DNA of 63,925 bases, the filler included, from Octopus bimaculoides (Eukaryota), in NCBI RefSeq assembly GCF_001194135.2. It is 6 parts of 4 records of this genome, joined end to end, with 100 filler letters (N's around TTAATTAATTAA, not from the genome) between each part and the next. Parts side by side here need not be neighbours in the genome. Positions count along the whole stretch, not along the records: positions 1 to 31,993 come from NC_068983.1; positions 32,094 to 37,673 come from NC_068983.1; positions 37,774 to 53,707 come from NC_068989.1; 3 more parts are not named here. The stretch is one strand, 5' to 3'. Of the stretch, positions 24,430-37,779 are shown piece after piece. The notes beneath the pieces are model-generated. The model saw only the letters and a list, made by a program, of their open reading frames with translations, made no database searches and was not told the DNA's origin. Within the stretch, counting starts at the first letter, position 1; each line of letters starts with the position of its first letter. Both the position numbers and the translations under genes were made by a program.

Positions 24430-25569
24430 GTAGCTGACCAGCTGGATGAAAAAACCCGTCTAGCTTTCACAAATATATGTATTTTCAGTGAAAACACATT
24501 CACTNNNNNNNNNNNNNNNNNNNNNNNNNNNNNNNNNNNNNNNNNNNNNNNNNNNNNNNNNNNNNNNNNNNNNNNNNNNNNNNNNNNNNNNNNNNNNNNN
24601 NNNNNNNNNNNNNNNNNNNNNNNNNNNNNNNNNNNNNNNNNNNNNNNNNNNNNNNNNNNTATATATATAAAGATTATATATATATATATAAAGAGAAAGA
24701 GAGAGAAATAAATTTACATTTATATGGAGAATAAAAATACCAGATACTAAGGAGAGAATGCATAGTTTTGTTAACTCAACAGCTGTTTCTGGTAGTTTAG
24801 AATTACACTGTAATCATAATGTTCATGATTAACAGTTGGAATAGCAAAAAGTGGTGGATATGCAACCGGTAAATGGTCTCTAAGTATGTAGTCATAAACT
24901 ATATAATCAAATGGTTGCATCACATCTAGATGGAAAAATAACAAAACAAAAAGGAATTTATAATATATTTTAGTTGTGAGAATGATATGTTTATATATTT
25001 TGAGAGTATTCTATTTATGTATAGATGCAGTGGAAAATATACACGTAAATAAACACAAATATTCACTCTATTTTTAAATATATTATTTACCACAGAATCA
25101 TCATATGTATTATGATGTTACATTAGCATGCTATAGTTTTGTGTGTAGGTTGACTGTAAAAGTCAGTCAGTTTTATTTCTGTTTATTCAGACTGAAATAT
25201 ATGTTTTTAATATAATTTGCATTATGCTGCTGCACATTCTAACAAATAATGTAGAATAAACATTAAGCTAACCACAATGAAGTTCTGAAACTTGGATTCA
25301 TAGTTTAAAAGATATGTTCATAATATGCTTTTGTGTTATACTGCACACTTAAGCAAATATTGACTTGATGGTAGCATTACAAGAAACCACATCTGAGATT
25401 CCGTTTCGCTTCTCACTCTAGGTATTATACTGAGTTATGCATGCATCAGTATTTTATCGTGTGTCTGATAATTTATTTGGTTTCTTTATGACCACTTCTT
25501 CCCCTCTGTCTGTATTTATGCCTCTGATGACTAATGAGGCTGATTCATGCATGGAATTGTCTGTTGCAA

Positions 25570-26120
25570 AGTTCACAAGGAATCCGTAATGGAGGCTTTG
25601 GTTGTTGCTGCCTCCATTTTATTTCTTGTCATTTCTCTTTCTCTTTCCTCTGTCATTCAGCTTCAAACTGATCTCTCACCATGGAGATGGAATGATGCCA
25701 GCTGGACCTGTCCTGATTGTCAATGTCCCAGGGCTTTGAGATTGATTCCAATCAGTTTTAGGCTTTGCTTCAACTGATCCTTGTATCGACGGAGGGGATG
25801 GCCATGGAGTCTTCTTCCAGTGGAAAGTTCACCATATAAAATTTGATGCAGCAGTCTGGTTTCTTTCATTCTTGCTACATGGCCCACCCATCTCAGACTA
25901 AGTTTCAGGGTAGTAGGCCTCAATGCTGCTGCTTTTTGTTCTCTCCAAAATGGAGACATCGGTCACATAGGCGAAAGGTTCTTTAAGAATAAAGATCTGA
26001 ACCACAAAACAAATTTGAGGGTCTACCAAGCAGTCGTGATCTCCATTCTCCTCTACAGTTGTGAAAGCTGGACTCTTTAGTGAAATGATGTCAAAAAACT
26101 TGAGCAATTTCACCAACAGG
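25570..26120 (-). mobile_element. RTE-clade LINE 3' fragment (third family)
   Basis: LRWVGHVARMKETRLLHQILYGELSTGRRLHGHPLRRYKDQLKQSLK. Confidence 0.8.
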
Positions 26121-26241
26121 AGCTCTATTCTGTTATGAATATTAAATGGAATGAGATTGAGTTATATAACTTATTGAACTTTTGATATTGTGCCTGATGT
26201 CATACTTGTGTCCATAATTACAAATGATTCAATGGAAACAG

Positions 26242-26400
26242 GTATGACGTCAGGCTCAGTAGCAGTAGTTTGACAGAACTTGTCGAACGTTTTCCATCAA
26301 ACAGCTGCAATTTTGTGGAACACCTGAAAGTGCACATTCTCAGAAAATATTCTGAATCTGCTACACTTTCAGTCCTCAAAATGCATGAGGACAAATGTTT
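26242..26400 (+). CDS. Candidate exon, YDVRLSSSSLTELVERFPSNSCNFVEHLKVHILRKYSESATLSVLKMHEDKC
   Basis: Open frame ending at a perfect GTGAGT donor, followed 134 nt later by a strong polypyrimidine/CAG acceptor (26534). Acceptor at 26241 is weak; the frame is ambiguous. Confidence 0.35.
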
Positions 26401-26833
26401 GTGAGTTACTAACATCACACCCTGGAGGAATTGATAAAATGACAGATGAATTTCATCACATTTATACAAAAGCTGTTTGACTAAATAGTCTATCTCTTTT
26501 CCTGTTCTTTTTTCTTTCTTTTCCTTTTTGCCAGTTGCAAAACTGAAGAGTGATGATGTCATTCTGTCAAAATAGGAATGCAGGATTTCTTCGCTCATGT
26601 TTTTGAATTTCTATATTTTTAAATTTCTTCATTTTACACTTTAAAGTTGAAAAAGACAGGCAAGCTGTCAAAATATCGTTCAAAGCATTAAACACTCTAT
26701 TATAATCAGATTGCACTGTTCTTATTGCTTATTTACCTTCATTTAGAAGAATTATGTCAATCTTTACAAACTAATAATAATAATAATAATAATAATGATA
26801 ATAATAATAATAATAATAACAATAATAATAATG

Positions 26834-26889
<56 letters not shown>

Positions 26890-26892
<3 letters not shown>

Positions 26893-27019
26893 CACTTTCA
26901 ATACAGTAATACAGTAACAATAAGAGTATCACAGCAAACCATAGCACATGCCCAAGGCACAGAGAGCTGTGCTCAGTAGTAAAGTGAAAGCACGCTATAA
27001 AAATAAAACTACTGAATGG

Positions 27020-27056
<37 letters not shown>

Positions 27057-27400
27057 CATAATAATAATAATAATTTATAATTGTATGGCATATTACCAGT
27101 CAATGTATACCACTAGCCCAGAAGGAATATAAGAGACACCATGACAATATAGCAAGGATTGTCCACTGGACACTTTGCAACAAGTATGGACTTGATAGAG
27201 AAAAAAATTGTTATGGCAATAAACCTGAAGGCATCATCGAAAATGATAACGCAAAGATCTTGTGGGATTTTATGATTCAGTGTGACCATGAGATAGAGAA
27301 TAGAAAGCCAGACATAGTCTTATTTTAGAGAGAAAACAAACTATGCTGGAATGCCCAGCTCACAACAAGATATGCGATAAGGAAGAAAGAAGTCCTTTGG
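26890..27400 (+). mobile_element. R4/Dong-like fragments within (AAT)n
   Basis: 3' tail 26890-27015 matches the reverse complement of 15222-15330; 27240-27400 translates WDFMIQCDHEIENRKPDIVLF (PD..D REL motif). Confidence 0.65.
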
Positions 27401-28259
27401 CATTATATGGTGGCAAATGACCAAGGCCTTTGGCATTATGTTGTGCCTGAGAAGAAGACTCATCAAGCCAAGTAAAATCACAGTCATGGAAGAAACCGGT
27501 GTCATGCAAATGGCACCTGTGTCAGTGGCACATAAAAGCACCCATTACACTCTCAGAGTGGTTGGCATTAGGAAGGGGCATCCAGACTTAGAAATCATGC
27601 CAAATCAGACAGGATTCTGGTGCAACCTCCCAGCTTGCCAGTTCGCAGTCAAACCGTCCAACCCATGCCAGCATAAACAATAGACGTTAAATGATAATGT
27701 TGATGATGATGATGATGTATATATATATATATGATGTGCTTCTTTCAGTTTCCATCTACCAAATCCCCTCACAAGGCTTTGGTTGGCCAGAAGCTATAGT
27801 AGAAGACAATAGGCCAAGGTGTCATGCAGTAGGACTGAACCCAAAACGATGTGTATGGGAAGCAAGCTTCTTACCACAGCCATGCTTGAGGGGGTTCCTT
27901 AAGTGGTTTGCTTGTGATGATGTTGGTTGCAGTGATGATAGTATGGAAGACACCATTGCAGCAATTTCTCTCGTTGATAATGTTGATGAGAATAGTAATT
28001 TTTTTCTAAATATTTCTGTCATATTTCAAAGATCTTTTCTGACAAAGTGCGTATTACCAAAGTTCATCAGCCAACACCAAAAACCACAAAAAAAAAAAGA
28101 GTATGAAAGAATTTTGAATCAGAATTATTCAAGACAATATGTTTTTTTTCTCCTTTAATTAAACCTTTTGTTCGTTTAGCCATAAACTTCCTAAATTTTA
28201 CAAATTTCAGAATTAACTTTATAATTAGAGAAGTGTAATACATGTATGTACATAAGCAT

Positions 28260-28313
<54 letters not shown>

Positions 28314-29273
28314 TCATACATACATATGTGTGTGTATCTGTATANNNNNNNNNNNNNNNNNNNNNNNNNNNNNNNNNNNNNNNNNNNNNNNNNNNNNNNN
28401 NNNNNNNNNNNNNNNNNNNNNNNNNNNNNNNNNNNNNNNNNNNNNNNNNNNNNNNNNNNNNNNNNNNNNNNNNNNNNNNNNNNNNNNNNNNNNNNNNNNN
28501 NNNNNNNNNNNNNNNNNNNNNNNNNNNNNNNNNNNNNNNNNNNNNNNNNNNNNNNNNNNNNNNNNNNNNNNNNNNNNNNNNNNNNNNNNNNNNNNNNNNN
28601 NNNNNNNNNNNNNNNNNNNNNNNNNNNNNNNNNNNNNNNNNNNNNNNNNNNNNNNNNNNNNNNNNNNNNNNNNNNNNNNNNNNNNNNNNNNNNNNNNNNN
28701 NNNNNNNNNNNNNNNNNNNNNNNNNNNNNNNNNNNNNNNNNNNNNNNNNNNNNNNNNNNNNNNNNNNNNNNNNNNNNNNNNNNNNNNNNNNNNNNNNNNN
28801 NNNNNNNNNNNNNNNNNNNNNNNNNNNNNNNNNNNNNNNNNNNNNNNNNNNNNNNNNNNNNNNNNNNNNNNNNNNNNNNNNNNNNNNNNNNNNNNNNNNN
28901 NNNNNNNNNNNNNNNATATAAACCACCCACTACACTCTTGGAGTGTTTGGTGTTAGGAAGGGCATCCAACTGTAGAAACCTTGTTAAATCAGATTGGAGC
29001 CTGGTGTAGCTTCCCAGGTTGCCAGTCCTCTGTCAAACTGTCCAGCCCAGGCCAATATGGAAATCGAACATTAAACAATGATGATGATGATGATTATATA
29101 TATACACCAACACACACATATTTGCATGTATAGCTTGCTTGCCAACCACATGGTTCTGGGTTCAGTCCCTCTGCATGGCACCTTGGGCAAGTGTCTTCTA
29201 CTATAGCCTTGGCTAACCAAAGCCTTTTGAGTGGATTTAATAGACGTAAACTGAACGAAGATTATCGTATATT

Positions 29274-29315
<42 letters not shown>

Positions 29316-30795
29316 TGCATATATATAAATTATATATGTATATGTGTGTACGTGTGTGTGTGTGTGTATGTGTGCATATGTGTGTACGTATGTGTCTACG
29401 TGTGTGTATGTGTGCATGTACACACGTGTGTGTGTGTGAATATATGTGTGCACATATGTATCAGAGTTTTGAAGACCGAGAATAAACGTTACATTCTTGC
29501 AAGTGGTGTCTTGAGTTTCATATCTTCTACTGAAATATGTTTGGCCTTGGGGGAAATATTTACCTTGGTTGGAAAATACGGGGGTGAGATTTGGTGACAG
29601 GAAGAACATTCAGTATGAAAACCCTGCCTCAGCAAACTTTGTCCAACCCCTGTGAACTTGGGTAAGATAGAATGTTAAAATGACGAAGATGACGACGACA
29701 ACAATGACTATGATGACAGCAATGTGGATGAGGACAGTTGAGATGATGATAGTTGTGGTGGTGTTGGTGGTGGTGTTGGTGGTGGTCCTGTCCTCTTATT
29801 GAAACTAACTCAAAGAATGATACCATTCATCCAATCTCTACTTAAACTTTAGTCTTGTAGGTCCCATATTTTCTCATAATTTAACACTTCAAAAATAAGG
29901 TATTTTTGCTATTAAATGACAAGTAAAAAAATAATAAAATAAAATAAAATAAATGCAAACAAACCAGTAAAAATTAAGAAAGATTAATTTATTTAGTTTT
30001 CTGGTGACTGAAACTGGAAACTTCTATTCAGCTTTTGAAACTTATAATCTTATTCAATCTGTAAAATTAAATTTATACAATGTCAAAACTTTCATTCAGC
30101 AAAATGAAATGAAATGTTTCATTCAAGTCTTGTTTCCCTTCTTTTTTTTTGTTCTTTTTCTTGTCTACCTAGGCTTACTGCCCAAATCATTAATTAAAAT
30201 TTGAGTTTCATTTGATTAATGCATTTGACCTAACTGAATACAATGAATAGATTTTAATTAAATTTTCACCATGCATTTAGCAAGTCAAATACATTAGAGA
30301 AATTTCAATAATTATGATTTTTTTTTTTTATACCAAAATTTCACACACTTAGAATATTGATAATTTTCACTGAATAAAAGAAAGGAAAAAATATATATAA
30401 AAATATGAAATCCATATTTTTATTTATTAATTAATTAATATATTTAATTCTTTCAACATTTCAGAAAATTTCAGCATGTTGTTTCCCTCCTTTTCAAGTG
30501 AAAATTGCGACCAAGACAAAGTTGAAAAACAGGAAATTTTCTAATTAATATTTCGCTGTATACCACATTTATTTCTCGTGTATTTTTCTGGTCTATTTAT
30601 TTTAATTTGTAACTATATTTCAATGAATTACACAAACGTACAGGAATATTTGTCAAGGTGGAGTGTGCTTATGAAATCAAATTGAAAACATTAAATCAAC
30701 TGAATCTCAGCTTTTGAATATTCGTCCTCATAATGATGCTGCTGTCATAACTTATATATTTCAATTTCAATGATGGACGCATATTAAAATACCAC

Positions 30796-30865
<70 letters not shown>

Positions 30866-31150
30866 TGCCTTTGCACAGCTTCTAGTACTGGAAGTGTACT
30901 ACGGTGTCAGCTGTTCACTACCAGTGAACTAAAAAAACATCCCTTATTTTTCGAGCACCATCCGGAATATTCGAGTGGTTCCATGCAGTGCTGTTTTCTG
31001 AAAGTGCTCCACCCTCATTGCAGCCCCTATTTATTCCACATACTTCTCAAGATTTTTGCTCACTGTTCCCAGGGCTCCGGCAATTATTAGTACTACTGCT
31101 CTCCTTTTTCATCAACCACAGCTGCTTAATTTCCCAAGTTAACTTGTCAT
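30866..31150 (-). mobile_element. R4/Dong-like REL fragment (different subfamily)
   Basis: LTWEIKQLWLMKK..IIAGALGTVSKNLEKYVE..FQKTALHGTTRIFRMVLEK*; flanked by (TAA)n. Confidence 0.65.
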
Positions 31151-31214
31151 ATCTCTCATTATTATTATTATTGTTATTATTATTAATACTATTGTTATTA
31201 GTATTATTATTATT

Positions 31215-31421
31215 CGAGCTGGTTGAAACGTTAGCACACTAGGCGAAATGCTTGGCAGTATTTCGTCTGCTGCGATGCTCTGATTTCAAATTCTACCAAG
31301 GTTGATTCTACCTTTCATCCTTTCTAGGTCGATAAATCAAGTACCAGTTGAGTACTGAGATCGACATAATCATCTATACCATTCCCTGCAAATTTCAGGC
31401 CTTCTGCCTATAGCAGAAATG

Positions 31422-31425
<4 letters not shown>
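31215..31425 (+). mobile_element. Nin/Deu-like tRNA SINE
   Basis: CGAGCTGGTTGAAACGTTAGCAC..CCTTTCATCCTTTCTAGGTCGATAAATCAAGTACCAG. Confidence 0.7.
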
Positions 31426-31456
<31 letters not shown>

Positions 31457-31457
<1 letters not shown>

Positions 31458-31993
31458 GTTCAGTAGTTTTATTTTTATAACGTGCTTTCACTTCACTACC
31501 GAGCGCAGCTCTGTGCACCTTGGGTATGTGCTGTGGTTTGCTGTGGTGCTCTTATGGTTACTGTATTGAAAGTGTTTTGCGTAGGATGTGTGCTGTGCCC
31601 AGTAGTCCAATTTTCTGTATGTTATATATATTTGTAAGTCCTGGTGATTTTGTTATGTATTTATCGGAATATTTTTTTTATTATACCTAAGGCACCTACT
31701 ATAATAGGAATTGTTTCTGTTTTTAGATTCCACATTCGAGTTACCTCTATTTCCAGGTCTTTGTATTTTGAAAGTTTTTCCATTTCTTTTAGAGAGACGT
31801 TGTCATCTGCTGGTATTGATACATCAATTAGAAAGCATTTTTTCTTCATGATCTTTGACAACTATATCTGGTCTATTTGCCTTAATTTCTCTATCTGTGT
31901 GTATTGGCATATCCCAGAGTATGGTTGCTTTCTCGTTTTCTGTGACCTTTTCTGGCGTGTGTTTATACCATCTTTTTTCTGTTGTTATTCCAT
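31457..31993 (-). mobile_element. R4/Dong-like REL fragment
   Basis: KCFLIDVSIPADDNVSLKEMEKLSKYKDLEIEVTRMWNLKT; ends in (TAA)n. Confidence 0.85.
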
Positions 31994-32093
31994 NNNNNNN
32001 NNNNNNNNNNNNNNNNNNNNNNNNNNNNNNNNNNNNNTTAATTAATTAANNNNNNNNNNNNNNNNNNNNNNNNNNNNNNNNNNNNNNNNNNNN

Positions 32094-32136
<43 letters not shown>

Positions 32137-32139
32137 AAT

Positions 32140-32355
32140 GCAGCAAGTTTGCAACATCGTTAGCATGTCAGGGAAAATGCTTAGGGGCATTTCGTCCATT
32201 GCTACGTTATGAGTTCAAATTCTGCCAGGGTCAACTTTGCCTTTCATCCTTTCAAGGTCAATAAGTGAAGTACCAGTGAAACACTGGGGTCGATGTAATT
32301 GACTCGTCCCCTCCCCACAAATTTCAGGACTTGTGCCTATAGTAAAAGGATTATT
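32140..32355 (+). mobile_element. Nin/Deu-like tRNA SINE
   Basis: Same family as 5720-6270. Confidence 0.7.
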
Positions 32356-35159
32356 TTTGTTGTTGTCGTTGTTGTCGTTTCTTTTAATTTAGCTAATGTT
32401 GTAATTTTTGATTTTCGTAATTTAAATCAAAAATCTAAATTTAAAATGTCACACAAATTGATTTCCTAAGAAAAATTTTAAATAATTTACTAAAATCAGA
32501 CAGTATTTATCTTAATTAATTCTTAAATATACTGTATGCATAATTTAATATTCCTGACAGCATTTTTACCATTTTTTGTTGTTCTGAAATTATATAAAAT
32601 TATACAACACACACCAAACACTGCCTTCTTTTATGCTTTTAGCCATCATTTTTTATTCATACATCTATTATATTCACATATTTCAGTTTAAATGGGATAG
32701 GTAAGTGAAGGACTACTCACCAAGAATTGAACCCAGAAACCTAAGACAGAGAATTAGCCAACAAAGCAGCTTTTGTGCATTTATTGGTCCTGCTGAAGTG
32801 AGCAGCTGAGTTAAATTGCAATTGCCCAGGTTGTAGAGCATAACGTCATGTTAGATAATATAATTATAGATTCTCCCAAATCGATGGGATGGTCGTGGCT
32901 GGAATGCTTTTGATAATTGGTCTGCATGATCAGGGTTGGTGCTTCTAGAGAGCATGGTCAATGCACTGCTTTGTTTCACACTGTAACTCTTGACCTGTCC
33001 TGGGTAAGATTTTAAACTGCATCTGATAGTGGGGCCTTGTTATGGCGGTTCCTGGGTTTTGAGGACTGTAGAAACACCTGAGAGTCGCTATTGTATCCAG
33101 GTCTATTCTGACATGGAGTAATGGAACCTGTTAGGGCCCTAGCTACGTGTTAATTAACATGGGTTCCACGCGCTTCAAATCCAGGCCATGTCTGCTCTGA
33201 TAATTAGCACTTATTTGTTTAGTGAATCTTTTGTAACAGTCAGCAATTGACAGCGAGATGAGCTGTTATAGATCACACTATACCAAAAGTGTGTATGTAT
33301 GTGACTGAAGACCACTTGTGAACTTCTATTCTCACTGAAATTCTAAACATGAGCTCTACACCTTAACAACGAATAATGATTGAGGTTACAGCGTCCACAC
33401 TATCTGATGTACTTGCTCTCCCAAAGGGACATTTGTCAAATTTGCAAGCTGTATTTTGGGGCTACAGGCAGAAGCATTAACCTGCCTGCTGGACCAATAG
33501 GGACAACTGTCTAATGTAGTCAGTATTTGATATGTCTTACGAATTTTCGTTGTCGCTGTTATATCTGAACTGTTATAATATCAAATGTTCCTGATGTTCT
33601 CTTGTTGCTCTCTGAACTGTGTATCTTCAACAAGCACTCTACAATCATCAAATTCATCATCATCGTTTAACGTTCGCTTTCCATGCTAGCATGAGTTGGA
33701 CGATTTGATTGAGGACTGGTGAACCAGATGCCTACACCAGGCTCCAATATGATCTGGCAGAGTTTCTACAACTGGATGCCCTTCCTAATGCGAACCACTC
33801 CGAGAGTGTAGTGGGTGCTTTTACGATAATGACAACGAGGACAATGATAATGATCATCATCATGATAATTATGATAATGATAATGACACTATTCTATAGA
33901 TCTGCTTGACGAGATCTGTTTGACGAGATCTTCTTTCACCAACTGAATAACTATGAAACTTGCAGCTTTCTGTTAATGTAACAGCTTTTATTTTGAATTC
34001 CAAAGATGTCACTTCCTGTACATCAATTGTTTTACCACTAAGCTCAGTTTTGTTGCCAGTTTACAAATAAAAATAAATAAAATTGAAAATATTGATCTAA
34101 TTATTATCAAGTAGGATTTATGCAGAAAATCGCTAAAGCCCGGGGCTACTAATATGGTAATATTTCTGGACAAATATATTTTGCCTGATATGAAGACAGC
34201 TTTGGAGCTTTGGTTTTATCTGTTCAAATATTGCTTCATAATTAATTTAAAATTTCAGTCATAACTGACTAAAATATAGAACTAAAAAAAATCAATGACT
34301 ACATACACACATACAAATATATATATATATATATATATANNNNNNNNNNNNNNNNNNNNNNNNNNNNNNNNNNNNNNNNNNNNNNNNNNNNNNNNNNNNN
34401 NNNNNNNNNNNNNNNNNNNNNNNNNNNNNNNNNNNNNNNNNNNNNNNNNNNNNNNNNNNNNNNNNNNNNNNNNNNNNNNNNNNNNNNNNNNNNNNNNNNN
34501 NNNNNNNNNNNNNNNNNNNNNNNNNNNNNNNNNNNNNNNNNNNNNNNNNNNNNNNNNNNNNNNNNNNNNNNNNNNNNNNNNNNNNNNNNNNNNNNNNNNN
34601 NNNNNNNNNNNNNNNNNNNNNNNNNNNNNNTATATATGCACATACATTTATGTATTCATTGATAGATGCAAAATATGGTAGTGTTGTAAAGAAGTTTGCT
34701 TCCCAACCATGTGGTTTCAGGTTCTGTTCCACTGCATGGCACTTCAGTCAAATGTCTCCTACTATAGCTTTGTGCTATCCAAAGCCTTGTGAATGGTTTT
34801 GATAAATGAAAACTGAAAGAGGCAATTCAATATATATATATATATATATATATATAACCAAATTCGATGACGGCACCCATGCCAGTGGAGCGCTAACAGC
34901 ACCATCTGAGTGGGATCACTGCCAGAGCAGCGGTCTGGCTTCCGTACCGGTGGCACATAAATAGCACCATTTGAGCATGGTCGTTACCAACGTCACTTTA
35001 CTGGCACTTGTGCTGGTGGTATGTGAACAAAACATTCGAGCGAAGTCGTTGCCAGTACCACTAGACTGACTCCTGTGCAAGTGGCATGTAAAAAAAACCA
35101 TTTGAGCATGGCCGTTGCCAGTACCAGCAGACTGGCCCTCAAGATCAATATTTTTAAAT

Positions 35160-35885
35160 AACGATCAAATCAAGAGTTAGCATAGGTAGAAAAACCATAT
35201 AGGTTATAATTATTATTAAAAATTATAAATAAGGATATCTAAGAGATACCCCTATGCTTGAAATAGCAGTCATCACCTGACTCTAAAACCACATCAAGTG
35301 TTCAATACAGCACAAGGTGAAAAGACAAATAAATAAATAAACTAGTGAAAATTGGATAATTCCAGACCCTGGGTTTCTGGCTTTGTATGAAAATACTTTG
35401 CCTTCATCAATCAAATATACCAAGAATTGTACATAATTACATATATGTGTACACACAAACATACGAATACTTACGTATATGCATGGGTATATACATATAT
35501 ATGCACGTATATACATGACCAGTTCAGTTGTCTGTCCAGACACTATGAGCTGTGTATGGCCAAAATACCACCGCAGTGAATATAATGACGAAGTGAATAC
35601 ATATAAATTTCTATATAAATAACGATCCAATCAAAAGCAGCATGGGAAGAAAAAACCTTATAGGTTATAATTATTATTAAAATTATAAATAAGGGTATCC
35701 AAGAGGTACCACCAAGCTTGAAATAGCAGTCAAAACCTAACTCTACAACCATATCAATTTTCACTAGTTTATTTATCTATTTGTCTTTTCACCTTGTACT
35801 GTATTGAACAATTGATGTAGTTTTAGAGTCAGGTTTTGTTGGTATTACAAGCATGGTGGTATCTCTTAGACTCCCTTATTTATAA
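35160..35885. repeat. Local direct plus inverted duplication of a ~190-bp unit
   Basis: 35160-35350 is repeated directly at 35620-35755 and then inverted at 35758-35885. Confidence 0.75.
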
Positions 35886-36302
35886 TATATATATATATAT
35901 ATAGATCATCATCATCATTCAACGTCCATTGCTGGCATGGGTTGGATGTTTTGACCAGGGCTGGCACGCTGGAAGACTGCATCAAACTCCAGTCTGATTT
36001 GACATGGCTTTCCACAGCTGGATGCCCTTCCTAATGCCAACTTCTCCGAGAATGTAATGGGTACATTTACCTGCCACCAGCAGAGGTGCCAATTTGCGTG
36101 ACACCAGTATTTGACCTAACTGCAATTTTGCTCAGCTTGGTGAGTTTTCTTCTCAAGCACAACATAATACCAAAGGTCTTTTGTCATTGCCTCCATGAAT
36201 CCCAACACTCGAAAGGAACTCAGTCACTTTGCCTCTGTGAGGCCCAATACTCGAAAGATTTTCTTTACCAAGTACCACAACCAGCATGTATATATATACA
36301 TG

Positions 36303-36343
<41 letters not shown>

Positions 36344-37097
36344 AAATCCAATACAAGGAAAACAGGCTCCCTTATAGGGATGGAAACATCCTATTGTTCA
36401 CTGGTTTACTGGTTTAATACCTAATATAGCAGAGAAGAACTTTTTCACAATTCAAATGCTTTTATATTAAAAATACAAAAATGTAAAGAAAATAGAGATT
36501 TACAATTGTCATATTTTAATTTATTAGCTTAATATTGTATTATTATTATTATAATATAATATAATATATTATAATATGATCTAGTACAAATATAAATGTT
36601 ATTATCCTACAATTGTTTCAATTCAGACCCAGTAATAAATATATAAAATTCATGTTTTGGGGTAAGAATCTCATCAGGGAAATTTTTGACAAAAATTACA
36701 TGAGGAGTTTTAGACACACTAAATTAAATATGTTTAATTGTAGGGTTATAATATTTATATCTATATTATATTATATCATATTATCATAATAAAATAATAT
36801 GTTAATAAATTAAAATATGTCAATCGTAAAAATTTCCATTTACTTTTCATTTGGTATCATTCAGTGATGCTTTTGCTGTCAAACATACTACGTTCTTTTT
36901 AATTCATTAAAAAAATAATGAAAAATTTAAGAAACATTTTTTGCTATTATTAATCTGGTATTTGAAATATGAATTAATATGAAATTTTCATGGATTTTCC
37001 CTAGAACTGTTTCCCCATGCCACTGCCCTGTTACTACAGGGGAGAAAACTCATGCAGTGACATGATGCACTTACCGTATGCTAAAGGTTAATGTAGA

Positions 37098-37338
37098 TCA
37101 CTTTAGTATTCAGATTACTGCAATGCTTATTCAGCATTCAGATTACTCTAATGTAATGCTTATTCATTCACATTAATTTGAATTAATTTTGCATTATCTT
37201 GTAGTTGTAAGATTTTGATGAGGTCGCTGTTAATTTTGAGAATAATATTATGGAGTTAAACCAGTTCTGGCCTCTTTGAACTTGAACCAAGTAGAATATT
37301 TTGGGCAGACATGGCTGGTTTAAATGCTAAAGAGTTAA
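37098..37338. mobile_element. Probable MITE (TTTAGCATT / AATGCTAAAGAGTTAA ends)
   Basis: Imperfect terminal inverted repeats, AT-rich interior. Confidence 0.45.
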
Positions 37339-37609
37339 AATAGGCTGCTTGTATCATGGAATTAGGAGTGGCCTTGAGTGGGTTGGTATCAAATTGGGCA
37401 GACTTTTTTTTAAAGAAATAATTTGTGAAAATATCTCAAAATTGATGAATAGACAAGTCTTATTAACAAAAATGAATTTCAATTAAATATATAATTTTAT
37501 TATGTAAAGATTACATTGTAAGGTTTTTATCAATCTTGTCTATATTTTTAAGTAAGAGAAAGTAAATAAATATTGGGAAACCAAAATATACAAACATATG
37601 TGTGTATGA

Positions 37610-37673
<64 letters not shown>

Positions 37674-37779
37674 NNNNNNNNNNNNNNNNNNNNNNNNNNN
37701 NNNNNNNNNNNNNNNNNTTAATTAATTAANNNNNNNNNNNNNNNNNNNNNNNNNNNNNNNNNNNNNNNNNNNNGTTCAA

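Noticed and set aside
36930-37033. GQWHGETVLGKI as a kinase subdomain I-II
   Set aside because: No glycine-rich loop, VAVK is not matched, no good donor, and the opposite strand looks equally exon-like.
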